The translations under genes were made by a program, and so were the position numbers. Shown here in pieces: positions 31,210 through 42,681 of a stretch of DNA of 64,000 nt. Each line of letters starts with the position of its first letter. Position 1 is the stretch's first letter. This DNA comes from Cyanidioschyzon merolae (Eukaryota), in assembly GCA_000091205.1 (NCBI GenBank), contig AP006494.2. The stretch is one strand, 5' to 3'. The notes under the pieces are model-generated. The model was not told where the DNA came from. It ran no database searches and worked only from the letters and a program-made list of their open reading frames with translations.

Positions 31210-34200
31210 ATGCTTAGTAGATTAGGAACGAGTCGGGGAGGATCATCTGGGGCCGGGGCGAGAACGCTGCCTAAGCTGTCGCCGTCGCCACAAGCGCTGC
31301 CGCGTCACTCGGTGCAGCGCTGCGGCTGCAGCTGCTGCGGTGAACAGCACTACTCCCCGGAACTCATGCTGGTGGACGTGAATGTCGCCGCGTTAGGTTC
31401 TCGGGAACGTTCCCAAGGGTGGCTCCCCAAGGAGCACAGTAGCGCTTGCCTCGGTGGCTTCGTTGGACCCTGTTGGAACGTCAAGGGGGCGCCTCGGGGC
31501 GCCAGCAACTCCACCGGCGCTCAGTACACCTGCACGGGGCAACTGCGGAGTAGCTTGTGCGCACATGCATTGCACGCTTCCCGAGAGCAATGCATGGGTG
31601 GCAGAGGGCGCGCGAGCCTCTCTTGTGCGTCTCTAGTTGGCGGACGATCACGACGTGCGGAGCTCTTCACTCGATGCCCTGGAGCTGCAGGCAGGCTGAG
31701 GTCAACCGGCCGTTTTCCGCCCCGACTGTTGCCTGCTGGACAACTCATGGACAGTGGAGCGCGCAGCATGTATGCACAGGCCACAGGCGGTGCAAAAGGT
31801 CATCCCATGAATGGCGATGTTCCGCGAGAACCAGCGAGCCCCAACGACAAACGAATAGAAAGCGAGGGTGAGTTGAACACGGACGCGATTGCCAAAGCAG
31901 ATGCCGCAAATGAGCACAAACGCGGACGACCAGCGACGCCTCAGCGGAGTCCAAAGGCTCCCGAGAACGCCACTGGTAAAGGCGGAAAGCGCAAAGATCG
32001 GGAGGTCTTCACCGCGCTTGAGGCTTTCGGGCTAGTTCCGAGCAGGCGTCGTGATGATCAGCCTCAGATGCGTAGAGGACGCAAAACTAAGAGCGGGTGG
32101 ATTTTTACGATCATCTCAGAAGCGCTTCTGGGTTCTAAGGGCGCACCCTTGAAACGAGAAGAGAAACAGCAGCTCGTCGCGCTCGAGAGCAGACTCGTGA
32201 GCATGGTTCGCGAACTCTCGGCCTCGCCTCCGCTATCGCAACCAGCGGAAGATATTCGACAGGCATGGTTGATTCTGGATCGCATTCGGAGCCTCGTTTT
32301 CTATGCGGATGTGCTGAACGATACGTACGTGGCCAGCTTTATTCTTGCGCTGAAAGGCGTCGTCAGCTCAGCGCTGCTTCTTGGAATGGGCACAGATTTT
32401 CTGGAGCAGTCGGCCTCAGAGCATCACGGAATGAATGCAGAACGAGACGCTCCGGGAGGACGTCTGCTTTCGTCGGTTGCGACGCGGGCACGAAACACAC
32501 GCAAGCGCCGCAGCCAGCGAAACGATGACCCACGGCGACCGGAGCTTGTCTCGCGTATGAATGATCAGCTCGTTGAAGAGATCTTGGCTTCTGGAGATAC
32601 TATCGACAATCATTGGCTAGCTCCATTAGACAGCAAATGGGCCTCGGCTCCGTGGAAGACGCCCTTCATGCAGTTCTATCGGAATCTAACGGAGCTGCGC
32701 GTTAAGCAGGGACAGACCTGGGAGGGTCACATTCTGGACCTGACGCTTCACCCCACGAACATATTTGCCCAGAGTTTGCAGCGTTCGCGTGGCCTCAATA
32801 ATGCTGCAAGTAGCACCGATCCGAATATGGATGCTGAGAATGCTTCGTTGAACGATCAAGAAATGATTCCTGGGCTGCAGGTCGTACCCAGCGGCGATGC
32901 TGTGTCTGAGGCGGAGCTCACGGAACAAAGTACGGCTTCGGAAGCCAGTTGGTACGATCTGGACGGGCGCACGATAGCGGCCATGGTGCGTCAAGACCTG
33001 GATATCTTGCAGAGTCTCTGTGCTTGGTCGCTTCATCGCCTCGCGAGATGTATTGCCTTGAGTCTCATGGGACTTACTGAAGACGAACTCGAGCATTTGT
33101 ACCAGCAACTGACTTTCAATAGCAAACAGTCGGCACAAGGTGAATCCAGCGAGCATACTGCCTTCGACGCAGCTGAGTCGCTGGTCGTTCTCCTGGCCAG
33201 GGAGGCGCCCTCTACCATTTCCCTGCTGGAAAATGGCCTCGTTGCACATCATCCTGTTCCGCGAGCGGTCGTTGCGGATGCGCTGGAACAGAGCCTCCGG
33301 TCGCTGCTCTTCAAGAGCGCGCTCTCCGCTGTGGGCGCTGCTGGAATACCGCAGCACCGCTGGAGCCAATTCTATCCACTGATCGCGAAAAGAATCCGTC
33401 TTCGAGGAGACGGTATACTTGGGCAATACTTCATGCTCTATTACTCGAATCGCGAACAATGTTTCAGACCCGTGGAGTCTGCCGACACGGTGCGTCTCGA
33501 CGATTTAGTCGGGTACGATGAAATCAAGCAAGCATTTATCCAGAATATCAAGTACTTTATCGCCGGTCATTATGCGCACCATACGCTTTTGATTGGTGCT
33601 CACGGCACCGGCAAGTCGGCGCTCGTCAAAGCTGCGGCAGCCGAATTCTATCGAATGGGTCTGCGTCTCGTGCAGTTGGATAGTGGATACTTTGGAGCTG
33701 CCCAGGGCCTGGGAACCCTCCCCATTGTGCGAATTCAGAAGAGCAGAGCCAAGAGCCGCCTAACCGAGCAGGACATTCCGTTCGGGACATTGGGCCTTAT
33801 GCACGACATGCAGGGCATCGCCAAGGAGGCCGTCAATCACCCACATTTGCGCTTTCTGCTATTCATTGACGATGTGCCCTTGGATGAGAGAGATCCTCGG
33901 CTCGTTGCTTTGCGAGGTATCATGAGCGGTGGCCTGCTCACGCTGCCGAAGAATCTGATTATTGTGGCCACATGCAGCTCCAGCGTCTCTGGTCCTGATC
34001 TGTTCGCCCTGAGCGTCACGTCCACAGAGGAGGACTTTATTCAGTCGGGAAAATATCGTTTCCGGCGACGCCTGCGGGTCGTGCCCTATGTGGATCTCTA
34101 CGAATTCTTCTCAGGTCTATCGGATGAAACCATTATTTTTTTGGATCGGTTTGGAATGGTGCTGACCTTCAATTCGCCGAGCAAGTCAAAGTACTTGGAC

Positions 34201-34611
34201 TTTGTCCGAAGTGCGTTGGAGCGATACGGGAGCACGGCGCGACGCATTCCCTGGCAAACGCTGCGTCGCCGTGCGCTAGTCTATGCCCGAATGCGTTGTT
34301 CGTTTTCGGCGAGAACTGCTCGTCACTTTATTGCCGCGGTCGAGGACGAGCAGCGGTTTATGCATGCGAGCGCGCCAATGATGCCGTCTGCGGACTCGCT
34401 TGCTACCATGAGAATATCTGATCCAGATAACGATGATGACGATGAAGAAGAGGAAGATGACGACGAAGACGAGGAAGAGGAGGAGGATTTTGAGGATGAA
34501 GCGCTGTACGATGATGACGACGATGATGATGATGACGATGATGATGATGACGACGATGATGATGACGACGATGATGACGATGATGATGATGACGGCAAGC
34601 GCGGTGCCTAA
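31210..34611 (+). CDS. P-loop ATPase of the DUF815 type (AAA+-like). The ATPase core reads LDDLVGYDEIKQAFIQNIKYFIAGHYAHHTLLIGAHGTGKSALVKAAAAEFYRMGLRLVQL. An N-terminal extension of at least 500 aa and a C-terminal polyacidic tail of about 60 residues (D/E) flank it. The likely true start is an internal ATG at about 31747-31807.
   Basis: The block D-LiG-e-k..l..N...F..G.pa.nvLLwGarGtGKSslvkA...e....gLrlvev is characteristic of the DUF815 family found in bacteria, archaea and plants. The first ~200 codons of the maximal ORF are Cys/Gly/Arg-rich and are overlapped by other open frames. They are therefore probably 5' leader rather than coding sequence. Confidence 0.7.
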   Translation: MLSRLGTSRGGSSGAGARTLPKLSPSPQALPRHSVQRCGCSCCGEQHYSPELMLVDVNVAALGSRERSQGWLPKEHSSACLGGFVGPCWNVKGAPRGASNSTGAQYTCTGQLRSSLCAHALHASREQCMGGRGRASLSCASLVGGRSRRAELFTRCPGAAGRLRSTGRFPPRLLPAGQLMDSGARSMYAQATGGAKGHPMNGDVPREPASPNDKRIESEGELNTDAIAKADAANEHKRGRPATPQRSPKAPENATGKGGKRKDREVFTALEAFGLVPSRRRDDQPQMRRGRKTKSGWIFTIISEALLGSKGAPLKREEKQQLVALESRLVSMVRELSASPPLSQPAEDIRQAWLILDRIRSLVFYADVLNDTYVASFILALKGVVSSALLLGMGTDFLEQSASEHHGMNAERDAPGGRLLSSVATRARNTRKRRSQRNDDPRRPELVSRMNDQLVEEILASGDTIDNHWLAPLDSKWASAPWKTPFMQFYRNLTELRVKQGQTWEGHILDLTLHPTNIFAQSLQRSRGLNNAASSTDPNMDAENASLNDQEMIPGLQVVPSGDAVSEAELTEQSTASEASWYDLDGRTIAAMVRQDLDILQSLCAWSLHRLARCIALSLMGLTEDELEHLYQQLTFNSKQSAQGESSEHTAFDAAESLVVLLAREAPSTISLLENGLVAHHPVPRAVVADALEQSLRSLLFKSALSAVGAAGIPQHRWSQFYPLIAKRIRLRGDGILGQYFMLYYSNREQCFRPVESADTVRLDDLVGYDEIKQAFIQNIKYFIAGHYAHHTLLIGAHGTGKSALVKAAAAEFYRMGLRLVQLDSGYFGAAQGLGTLPIVRIQKSRAKSRLTEQDIPFGTLGLMHDMQGIAKEAVNHPHLRFLLFIDDVPLDERDPRLVALRGIMSGGLLTLPKNLIIVATCSSSVSGPDLFALSVTSTEEDFIQSGKYRFRRRLRVVPYVDLYEFFSGLSDETIIFLDRFGMVLTFNSPSKSKYLDFVRSALERYGSTARRIPWQTLRRRALVYARMRCSFSARTARHFIAAVEDEQRFMHASAPMMPSADSLATMRISDPDNDDDDEEEEDDDEDEEEEEDFEDEALYDDDDDDDDDDDDDDDDDDDDDDDDDDDDGKRGA
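34425..34600 (+). repeat. In-frame (GAT/GAC/GAA/GAG)n trinucleotide tract encoding the polyacidic tail of the DUF815 ATPase.
   Basis: Directly visible as gatgatgacgatgaagaagaggaagatgacgac...gatgatgatgacgacgatgat. Confidence 0.9.
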
Positions 34612-37264
34612 CGTGCATGCGTCTTCGTTGGTGGTTCCGCCTTACGAGCAGCTTGCCTCAGTAAGCGCTTACAATCGCCTCGCACTCGAGCGACTGCACG
34701 TTCAACGACAGCTTCTGGTTTCGGACCATCTCGATGATCATCGATGGAGGTCGAATACGGTATCCGTAGCAATCGGAAATCGTTCAACTAAAGGTACAGA
34801 ATCTCTGTGAAGGCAACTCGTTGCGTACGCTGTATGTGCGGCGTGCACTTGTTCACTTATGCTGCGGCGGGGTCAAGCGGCAAACCGCGAATGTAGGTGT
34901 CCATGAGCGCTGTGCGTTTCCCATGCAGCGGCGCATGGTCTGTTCGAAACCTCTCGCCAGTGTCGGCAAGGCGACGCATCCAACGAAGATACCACATCAG
35001 TCGCCTCGAGCGCTCATCCTGACTCGTGGATGGGTTGCATTGCTCCGCTGTGGCGGTGTTACGTGAGGACGACTTTAATGCGCTCGTTTCGAGCCGGAGC
35101 TACCAACGGTATACGTCGTGCGATGGCCGGTTTTCCATCGAGAAGCCGCACGCGTGGCTGGTTCGTGATGCTCATGGAGGCGAAGAGTCGGCTTTGGAAG
35201 CTTTAGGAGTTTTCGATACACCTCTTGCTACGTATCTAAGAGTGCTCTTTTCGTTGCTGCAGGGGAAATGGAGAATGTGTCCGGCGGGAACGGTGCCTAG
35301 CGTCTTACGCCAGCGTTCGAGGTTGGATGGCGAACCGAATAATTGCTGCTTGCGCGATTCATTCATCATGCGAAACGCAATCGAATGAGCAGCATGAGAA
35401 AACCCCCGATTGAAAGTGGTACACTTACACGAGAATTAGAATGGAGCGCGTTGACAGAGCCAGGTCATAAGTGGACGCTCATAATTCAAGTTATTTCGCT
35501 TGTCGTGACCAGTAGACTTTTTGGGGATATGGATGTGACGGCATGCTTTTCCGCTCCTGTATCTCCAGTTTTCACACGCTGATCTCGGATTTCAATCGCG
35601 TTGTCTTGTCATGAGTCGAAGGATGCTGATAGCAGCGTGCAAGTCGCGATTTCGCAGATTCCAGCTGTTGCCGACAAGTTTCATGCCTGACGACCGTTGC
35701 ATCTGTAGATCGTGTTCCATTTTCATCCTGATTGTATACGACCCTGGTGCGCGCTTGCCAGCTGTAAAGCACCTGGTTGTCGTCGGGTGTGCTCGGATGT
35801 CGCGCACATTTCCTCCGTTAAGCGCTGCCCAATGGAGCGTAGACGCGTGCATCATCTTTCGGTACATTCCCTCGAATAGCACAGAAGGCTCTGCTCAATA
35901 TCCCTCTCCGTTTTCCATGCTCCGTAATGTACCATATGATGACGGACTTGTTTCAGGGCGATGCCCACAGCGAGTACGGTGTCCGCTGCATGCAAAATCG
36001 CACGCTGCTCTATTCGAAAGCGGATTCCTGGAACGCGACGCTGTCCATGATGAATGCGGACGGAAAGGAAATATCCAGATTAGAGAAGAGATAAAGATGA
36101 TTGGGTCCCTTCGTGCGAAGCGGTGACGCGCTCACCACTCGACGCGATCGCTGCGATGACTATCATCGAAGCCCACGACGCTCTTGCATGCAAACACAAG
36201 CGACCGCAGCCTCTGGGAGCGCATACCCTTATAAGTACGATGACAGAGTCGAACGCCGTTTCTTCAATAGCCATAAACAGGGTGCGATTTGTTTCTCGAA
36301 CGAAATCAATGATTTGACGTGAGGGTTTCTGTGAACGTTGGGCACGGACCTGCCCACAAGTCATCATCATCGGAGAATGTCGAGTTCTCTCTGGTCCATA
36401 TAGTGATACGACTTTCTGCATCCACGCGTTGCCTTGGAACAGCAACATCGAAACCCTGAAAACCCGTGATTCTAGTATGCTCCACGTAAGGAAATCAATA
36501 GACTGGAGGCTTGCACGTACGCGTTGCATCCTGGCATTGGTTATTGTACGAGCCCTTTCCCGAGCGCGTCGCGAAACACGTCGATTCCGGTAACCTGACG
36601 CACTCCAGCAGCGTAGCGCCGAGTGCGCTATGTCGCAAACACAACCGAGAAACCTATAACGACATACGTATCCATAACCCCTGATTCCTACTTTTCAAAC
36701 GTCGAGAGCGTCCCTCTAGGAAACGCTCGGAAGGAAATCCCACAACGCGGGAACAGTGCACGCATACGCGTACCCAATCTGCGCTCGACGCGGGTGTCTC
36801 GCAATTCGCAGCCCGCAGCGGATCGCGAGATCGAGCGCGCGGGGCGCGGGTGATCAGCGCACGGCCGCCGCCGTTTCGAGCAGAAACACCAGGCGCTGCG
36901 GCTGCGCGATGCAGCAATCCGCGCGGCTGCAGCTGCAGATCCGTGAGCGAATTTGCCGATGAGGCGGCATGCGTCTGGCGCGTGTCCGACGCGTGCACGC
37001 GGAGCGGCACGTGTCAGGCAGCAGCGCCCCGAGGTGTACCGGGTACAACTCGCAGTGGGCGCATGTCGAGCAGCGGAGTTGCGTCACCAGGCGCGTGTCG
37101 ACTGGCGTTGGGTCTTAGGAGGCTCTGCTCGACGCCAGCAGGTGCTCCCCAGGAGTTGATTTACACGCTTCTAGGCTTTAGGGCTGACGTCAGTTGCGGG
37201 TAGGTGTATGGCGCGTGTGTCAAAGTGTGCAGTGTTGACTGTGGCTTGAACGCGTTCAGGCTGC

Positions 37265-39067
37265 GTGACTCTCGGACCCAGTATGTCGGGTGAAACGATC
37301 GAGTGTATGCCGAGTGCAGAGCTTCAACAGTTGCCTGGGTCGGTGACTTGCTCTGATAGTCCAGTCAAGGCTCCCGACAGTGATGATTCGGAGATCGGCC
37401 AGACACCAGCTGATATGGTGCCGAAATCGAAGCCTCTCGCGAAAGCAGACCCTAGCCCGGTGCAGCACAGCTTCCGAGCGCGCTGCAAAGCGTGGCTGAA
37501 AGAGCTCCTTCGTTTTGCTGGTCCAGGATGGCTGATATGTATTGCACTTATTGACCCCGGTAACTACGAGGGTGACATTCAAGCCGGAGCCGGGTACCAA
37601 TACGCGCTCATTTGGATCATCTGGTGGGCGACCATCGCCGAGATCTGCATTCAGGCGCTCACCATTCGACTTGGGCTGTATGCACGCCGCGATCTCGGGC
37701 AAGCGTGCCGGGAAACCTACCCACGCTGGGTTACGATCGCGCTGTGGATCCTGTCGGAGATCGGGATGATGGCCACGGATCTGCTGCAGGTCATCGGCTT
37801 TGGGGTCGCAACAGAGATTTTGTTTGGAATTCCGCTCTATGCAGGTGTCCTGCTCTCGTTTGCGACGACGTTGTTGCTCTTGTCCACACAGTATGTTTCG
37901 TTTCGGCTGCTCGAGATAATTGTCATCGTGTTGGTGTTCATCATGTCGATTACTTTTTTCATTCAGTGGGGCATGGTCGACACCGACGGTGCGGCGCTTT
38001 TGCGCGGATGGGTTGTGCCCAGCATCCCCAGCGGCTCCGCGTTGATCTTACTATCGCAAATCGGTGCATCCGTGAGCCCGCACAATGTTTTCCTGCAGTC
38101 GGCCCTGGTCCAGACTCGGACAGTGGACCGCACCAAAAAGGCGCTCCGATCAGCGACGATGTTCAACATCATCGAAATGACGATTCCGATGATGTTGGCT
38201 TTCGTGGTGAATCTGGCAGTCATAGCGCTCGCTGCTCAAGGCTTCTACAATAGTCCAGCTGTCGACGTGAATCCGAATGACATTACCCTGCGCGACACAT
38301 GCAAACTCATTCACCGAGTATACGCCAACTCAGGCGCTGGATGCATCTTGTTTGGCATCTCATTGCTCGCGTCTGCGCAGAGTGCGACGATCTCTGCCAC
38401 GTACGCGGGTCAGATTGTGATGGAGGGCTTTCTGAATATCAGGCTCCCGTTGTGGTTGAGGAACCTGACAACGCGCACAATCACCATTGTACCCGGTTTG
38501 TTTATCGCAATATTTGCGGGAAACAATGGCTCGGGGCTCGCGCTTCTGATTTCATCATCGATACTGTCGGGGGTGATCCCTTTTCTCATAGTGCCGCTGC
38601 TCAAGTTCACGAACAGTGCTGCCTGCATGGGTCCGTATCGCAACTCGTGGTACGTGCGATGGCCCATGTGGACGCTTACGCTCGCGATTATCGCAGCAAA
38701 CTTATACCTGATCGCGGGTGCTGGTGGTAATCGAACGTTGCGCCAAGCGCTTTCCAGTGGTGGCCCCGGAAGCACCGCGGGTATTGTGTTCACGGTGATT
38801 ATCGGGCTACTGTACGTTGGGTTTCTGGTCTACTTGATGCTCAGGCCCGTTGGCATCGTCGGCGACGCGTACGACATCGACGACGGGGTTATGGGGCTTG
38901 TCGAGTCGGGTTTCGAGACGCACGTTCGCATGGAACCGAAACCTGTACCGAATGAACCGACTCGGCCCGAGCCCGCATTTTTGCCTCCCGATGCGCACAG
39001 TGCAGAGGATGCTCCACTGGGGAAGAATTTTTCGGAGCAATCTTTGAGTGAGGACGCCAGTTCTTGA
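37265..39067 (+). CDS. NRAMP: NRAMP-family divalent metal (Mn2+/Fe2+) transporter, 600 aa.
   Basis: The NRAMP signature region LIDPGNYEGDIQAGAGYQYALIWIIWWAT corresponds to the consensus DPGN...D.QAGA..GY.LLW. The translation shows 11-12 hydrophobic segments. A conserved block reads GQIVMEGFLNIRLPLWLRNLTTR. Confidence 0.9.
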   Translation: MTLGPSMSGETIECMPSAELQQLPGSVTCSDSPVKAPDSDDSEIGQTPADMVPKSKPLAKADPSPVQHSFRARCKAWLKELLRFAGPGWLICIALIDPGNYEGDIQAGAGYQYALIWIIWWATIAEICIQALTIRLGLYARRDLGQACRETYPRWVTIALWILSEIGMMATDLLQVIGFGVATEILFGIPLYAGVLLSFATTLLLLSTQYVSFRLLEIIVIVLVFIMSITFFIQWGMVDTDGAALLRGWVVPSIPSGSALILLSQIGASVSPHNVFLQSALVQTRTVDRTKKALRSATMFNIIEMTIPMMLAFVVNLAVIALAAQGFYNSPAVDVNPNDITLRDTCKLIHRVYANSGAGCILFGISLLASAQSATISATYAGQIVMEGFLNIRLPLWLRNLTTRTITIVPGLFIAIFAGNNGSGLALLISSSILSGVIPFLIVPLLKFTNSAACMGPYRNSWYVRWPMWTLTLAIIAANLYLIAGAGGNRTLRQALSSGGPGSTAGIVFTVIIGLLYVGFLVYLMLRPVGIVGDAYDIDDGVMGLVESGFETHVRMEPKPVPNEPTRPEPAFLPPDAHSAEDAPLGKNFSEQSLSEDASS

Positions 39068-41276
39068 CGTGGACCCCTGCTTCAGAGGGTAAGCATTCAT
39101 GGGAGCTTGGTGACGAGTCCAATGCGCGTACCTCCAATGAGTAGGTTGCGATGCAGTGACCGAGTTGCCGCGTATGCTTTTGAAGGGCTGGATAGGACCT
39201 GGTTTAGCTATCGGCGTTTCAGGCCGGCCAGCGTCATCGATGTTCCTTCTTAGACCCCCTCGATACCTTTGAGAGAGACAGTCAGGGCTTTGAAGCGCGC
39301 GCGAAGCGGTGAGCTCTAATGCGAGGTTTCCTGACGATAGCTCTGGGCATTTGTTGATGGAGCATGGAAACGTTTTGCTGAGATGCCAGGGTCGCTTTCC
39401 CGGCGCCTGGTAGCGTTCCTATATCCAGATGCATCTGATAAGATGCATCTGTTCGGCGCCGTGCTTCGCTTTTTTGAATGCGTTTGCGTATACATAGCGC
39501 ACAGTTGGCGGTTTAGTGCTTCATGGCTCGGATTTAGTGTTATAATCAGCTGCTGTGCTGCGAGAGAGGGGCCTGTTGCGCTCTGGAGACTCCATAGGCT
39601 CTGATGGAGCATGCTGTCAGTTTTCCAGTATCCAAACGCAACCGATCGTGTGCATCCGAATCCATTCCGCAGAACGCTGCAGTTTGACTGCCTCCGCTGC
39701 ATACGCTGGAGTGGCCGAAGTTGCCACTCTCTTCCGTTCGGGCACTGTGTGAGACATTCCAAGAGGAGGCTTCACATAGTGTGGGCGCGGTGGCCCCGCG
39801 TGTACACCTCAGGTTTTCCAGATGGAAGAGATGACTCGGACGCATCACGTTCTTGAGATGACCTCCCCTGACCTTGATCCTCTTTGTGAAGCGATTATGG
39901 TGCCGAGAATCGCGGTGAAATCTGCACACTCTACCGCTTTGTGGGATGCTCTTTCAATTCGTCTTAGATAGGATGCTAGGCAACTGCTCTCATCAAGATA
40001 AACAGGGCTCTGGATTTACCCAAGCTGAGCAGATTGTACGTATGCGTCGACACCAACGGCGTGAGACGCACTGCTGACTATTTCTTGGACGGAAAGCGCT
40101 GTTCGACAATGCGCAGCAACCACCAACTGCGCGATGCGCTCAGACGCCTACCCGTTTGCCACGACGCTCTGGAATTGAGACCTGTCGCTTTCAGACGAGG
40201 CAGCGAAGTGTCGTGTTGGATACACGGCACATTCTTTGCCGTGCTTCGTGCGATAGACTTTGGGACCTCAATGCCCGCCATTCGCCTGTCTGGTAGCGTC
40301 CAGGGAGGCTGACTCTCGGACTTTGCCATGATTGCTGGTCTGTGGTGGCATCATTGCGTGTCAGGTTGAGGCCTGCTCGCGTCCTCCAGGACGCGAGCAT
40401 ATAGAATACCCGTGATCCGGATACTGCGTGGTACAACGGCATCCAATGCTTGAGATTGCCTACCGTGCGGTGCGCATGCTCCGCTGCTGCGTACGGAAAC
40501 GGCAAGCATCACCGTGACCCTGAGGCGCTTTCTCATTCCAGGAATCCTCGATCATCAAGAATATATGAATATCGTGTATGGAGCCGCCGCTTACCAGCAA
40601 ATGGCAACACTGCCTCCGCTCCGTTCGGTGTCGGCAGCTAGGTCAGCGTCCGCAACGTCGGCAAAGCGATCCAGCAACGATACCTGTAGGGCGTCGTTTC
40701 CTCTAGTCGGCAGCGTGTGCAAGCGTTCATAGAAGAGTTGTTTCTCTGTGGCCCCATATAAACAGCAGTGTTCGTGCATCCAGGAAGCCTGTATTCCAGG
40801 CAGCGATCCTAAGTAGGATGAGGCAGCTGGTGTGCGGGCTTCAGGTTTGACGATGTCACGACTCAGCGACGTCCGAGTACTTTGCGACGCTGCCCCTGCT
40901 TGCCCGCGATCGAAGAAAACGCGTTGTGCCAGTGTCAATCTGCGTCAAAACATCAGTCTCTTGACGACACCTGGCGAGGCCGAGCGCTGCCCATCCGAAT
41001 GCAATGCTGTGCAAGGCCTCTTGAAGGTAGCGGGGCAATCGAGGACGCTCGGTAATTCCGTAGCTCTCTGGGGAACGCTCGGATGCGAAATGACTTGCGA
41101 CCCTGGTGACGCTGCAGGGCACAGGCACGAAGCATCGACAGCGCTCGCAGCGATTCATTGCTGGTCACATGAAAATAGAACACGCAAGTGCATGCTCTGT
41201 TCCCGCACTTGGATTTTTTTGAACTTTTTTTCCGATATATAGCCTTGGTATTCAACGTGAATGGACGTATGCTTAG

Positions 41277-41302
41277 GGATTTATACGTGGTTTTGGGATT
41301 CG
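41277..41302. repeat. Copy 3 of the recurring intergenic motif: ggatttatacgtggttttgggattcg.
   Basis: It matches the copy at 12816-12841 at 24 of 26 positions. Confidence 0.45.
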
Positions 41303-42681
41303 CGGGCGGGTTTTCGGAGTGTCTTCTTCGACGCTATGTCGACGCCATTCGATACGTCACCGGAATCTGGATGATTCACGATGACCTCGAACGCGGGTAT
41401 GTTAATCAGTCGATAGTATCATCCAAGTCTAATGCGGAAGCCTTCACTGTTCTCCTTTTCTTACGTATCGCATGCTCAAATCACGCACGCTTCGAGTGTT
41501 CGACGTTTCTGTGCCAACGCAATTTGTGGGCACAGAAGCTCCTGCCACTCAGTTCACTGTGAAAAACAACTCGACGTCGATCCTTGACGTTTTCTCCACC
41601 AGATCACGCCAGTATAGTTCACTGAACTTGTCACGTCAAATCATCGAATTCGTTCGAAAGCCGAATCCTCCTTACATCATGATCATCGACACGATGACAT
41701 TCCACAGCAACATGATACCTGTCACAGGATATGCCCCAAGGAGCCCCCGTTTCTTCTTTTTTTACATGGGAAAAGGTCTTGGACCCGAGCTTGAGTTATC
41801 GCAGCGAGCACTCTCTGTGGAGCGCGCATCACCGCTTTGCACGAAGCGAGCGTAAACGGATCGAAATTCCACGACTTGTGATCCAGACTGCATGTTCCTT
41901 CCGGTGCATTTTTGATCATGAAGACCAACGTATTCCGCGAATCTTTTATCTAGTAGAATAGTGTGCGCATGCAGCGGACTCCGTACTCGCCTAGAGCATC
42001 GTCCAGAACGAAATGCCAGTAATCGTGGAGCACGTCATCGGGCGCGAAAATAAAGGAGAGCGCCCACGCGATCCGTCTGTATCCGGATTTGCGGACACTC
42101 AATGATAGTACAAGCCTTGTTGGGCCACAAGGTGTCACTTTAATGAGGAAAAGTGATGGAAAGAGGCTGAAACCTCACCACAGCCACGTGTGTCATATTG
42201 GGAAATGCGTACTGCGGCTGTGCGCAAAGGACACGATGAAAGTGGCGCTCATTGCGTAGATTTCAACGATCGCCGGTGCATGAAATGTGTATAGAATAGC
42301 CGAAAGGTGGAAGTCGGGACTTGAACCTCGCCATTTATATCCTTGAACAGCTGACAACGAAGCACCTGGGAACGCAATGATCTGCGCACTTAAAACCGGA
42401 GATAAAGCAGATGTAAAGGAAGCAGTCGCAGGAACAGCCCGCAAAGGCTAGTTTTCATGAAACCAGGCGCGCATCCAACCCTAAGCATGTGCGAACAAGT
42501 TAGAGGAACAGCTCCATTTTTTCTGTGATCAGCGGAAACGAACGTTCCCGAGAGCACCCGAGGCACCCGCTCAGCCGACGCGGGACATGCCCGTCGTGCA
42601 GATGCGTACAGTGCCGCCGATCGCGGGCATCGATGCATATGTGCCCCTTTTATCTATTAAATACATAAAAGTATCACTTTT

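Noticed and set aside
31210-31806. The first ~200 codons of the 31210..34611 ORF as coding sequence
   Set aside because: The composition is Cys/Gly/Arg-rich and four other open frames overlap it on both strands. The coding start is more probably an internal ATG at 31747-31807.
41188-41562. ORF beginning MHALFPHLDFFELFF...RMLR...DLER, considered as a possible RXLR-type secreted effector in a gene desert
   Set aside because: There is no convincing signal peptide: the n-region is not basic and the hydrophobic stretch is aromatic-rich. The RMLR motif sits immediately after it with atypical spacing. The motif most likely arises by chance from the underlying nucleotide repeat copy at 41277-41302.
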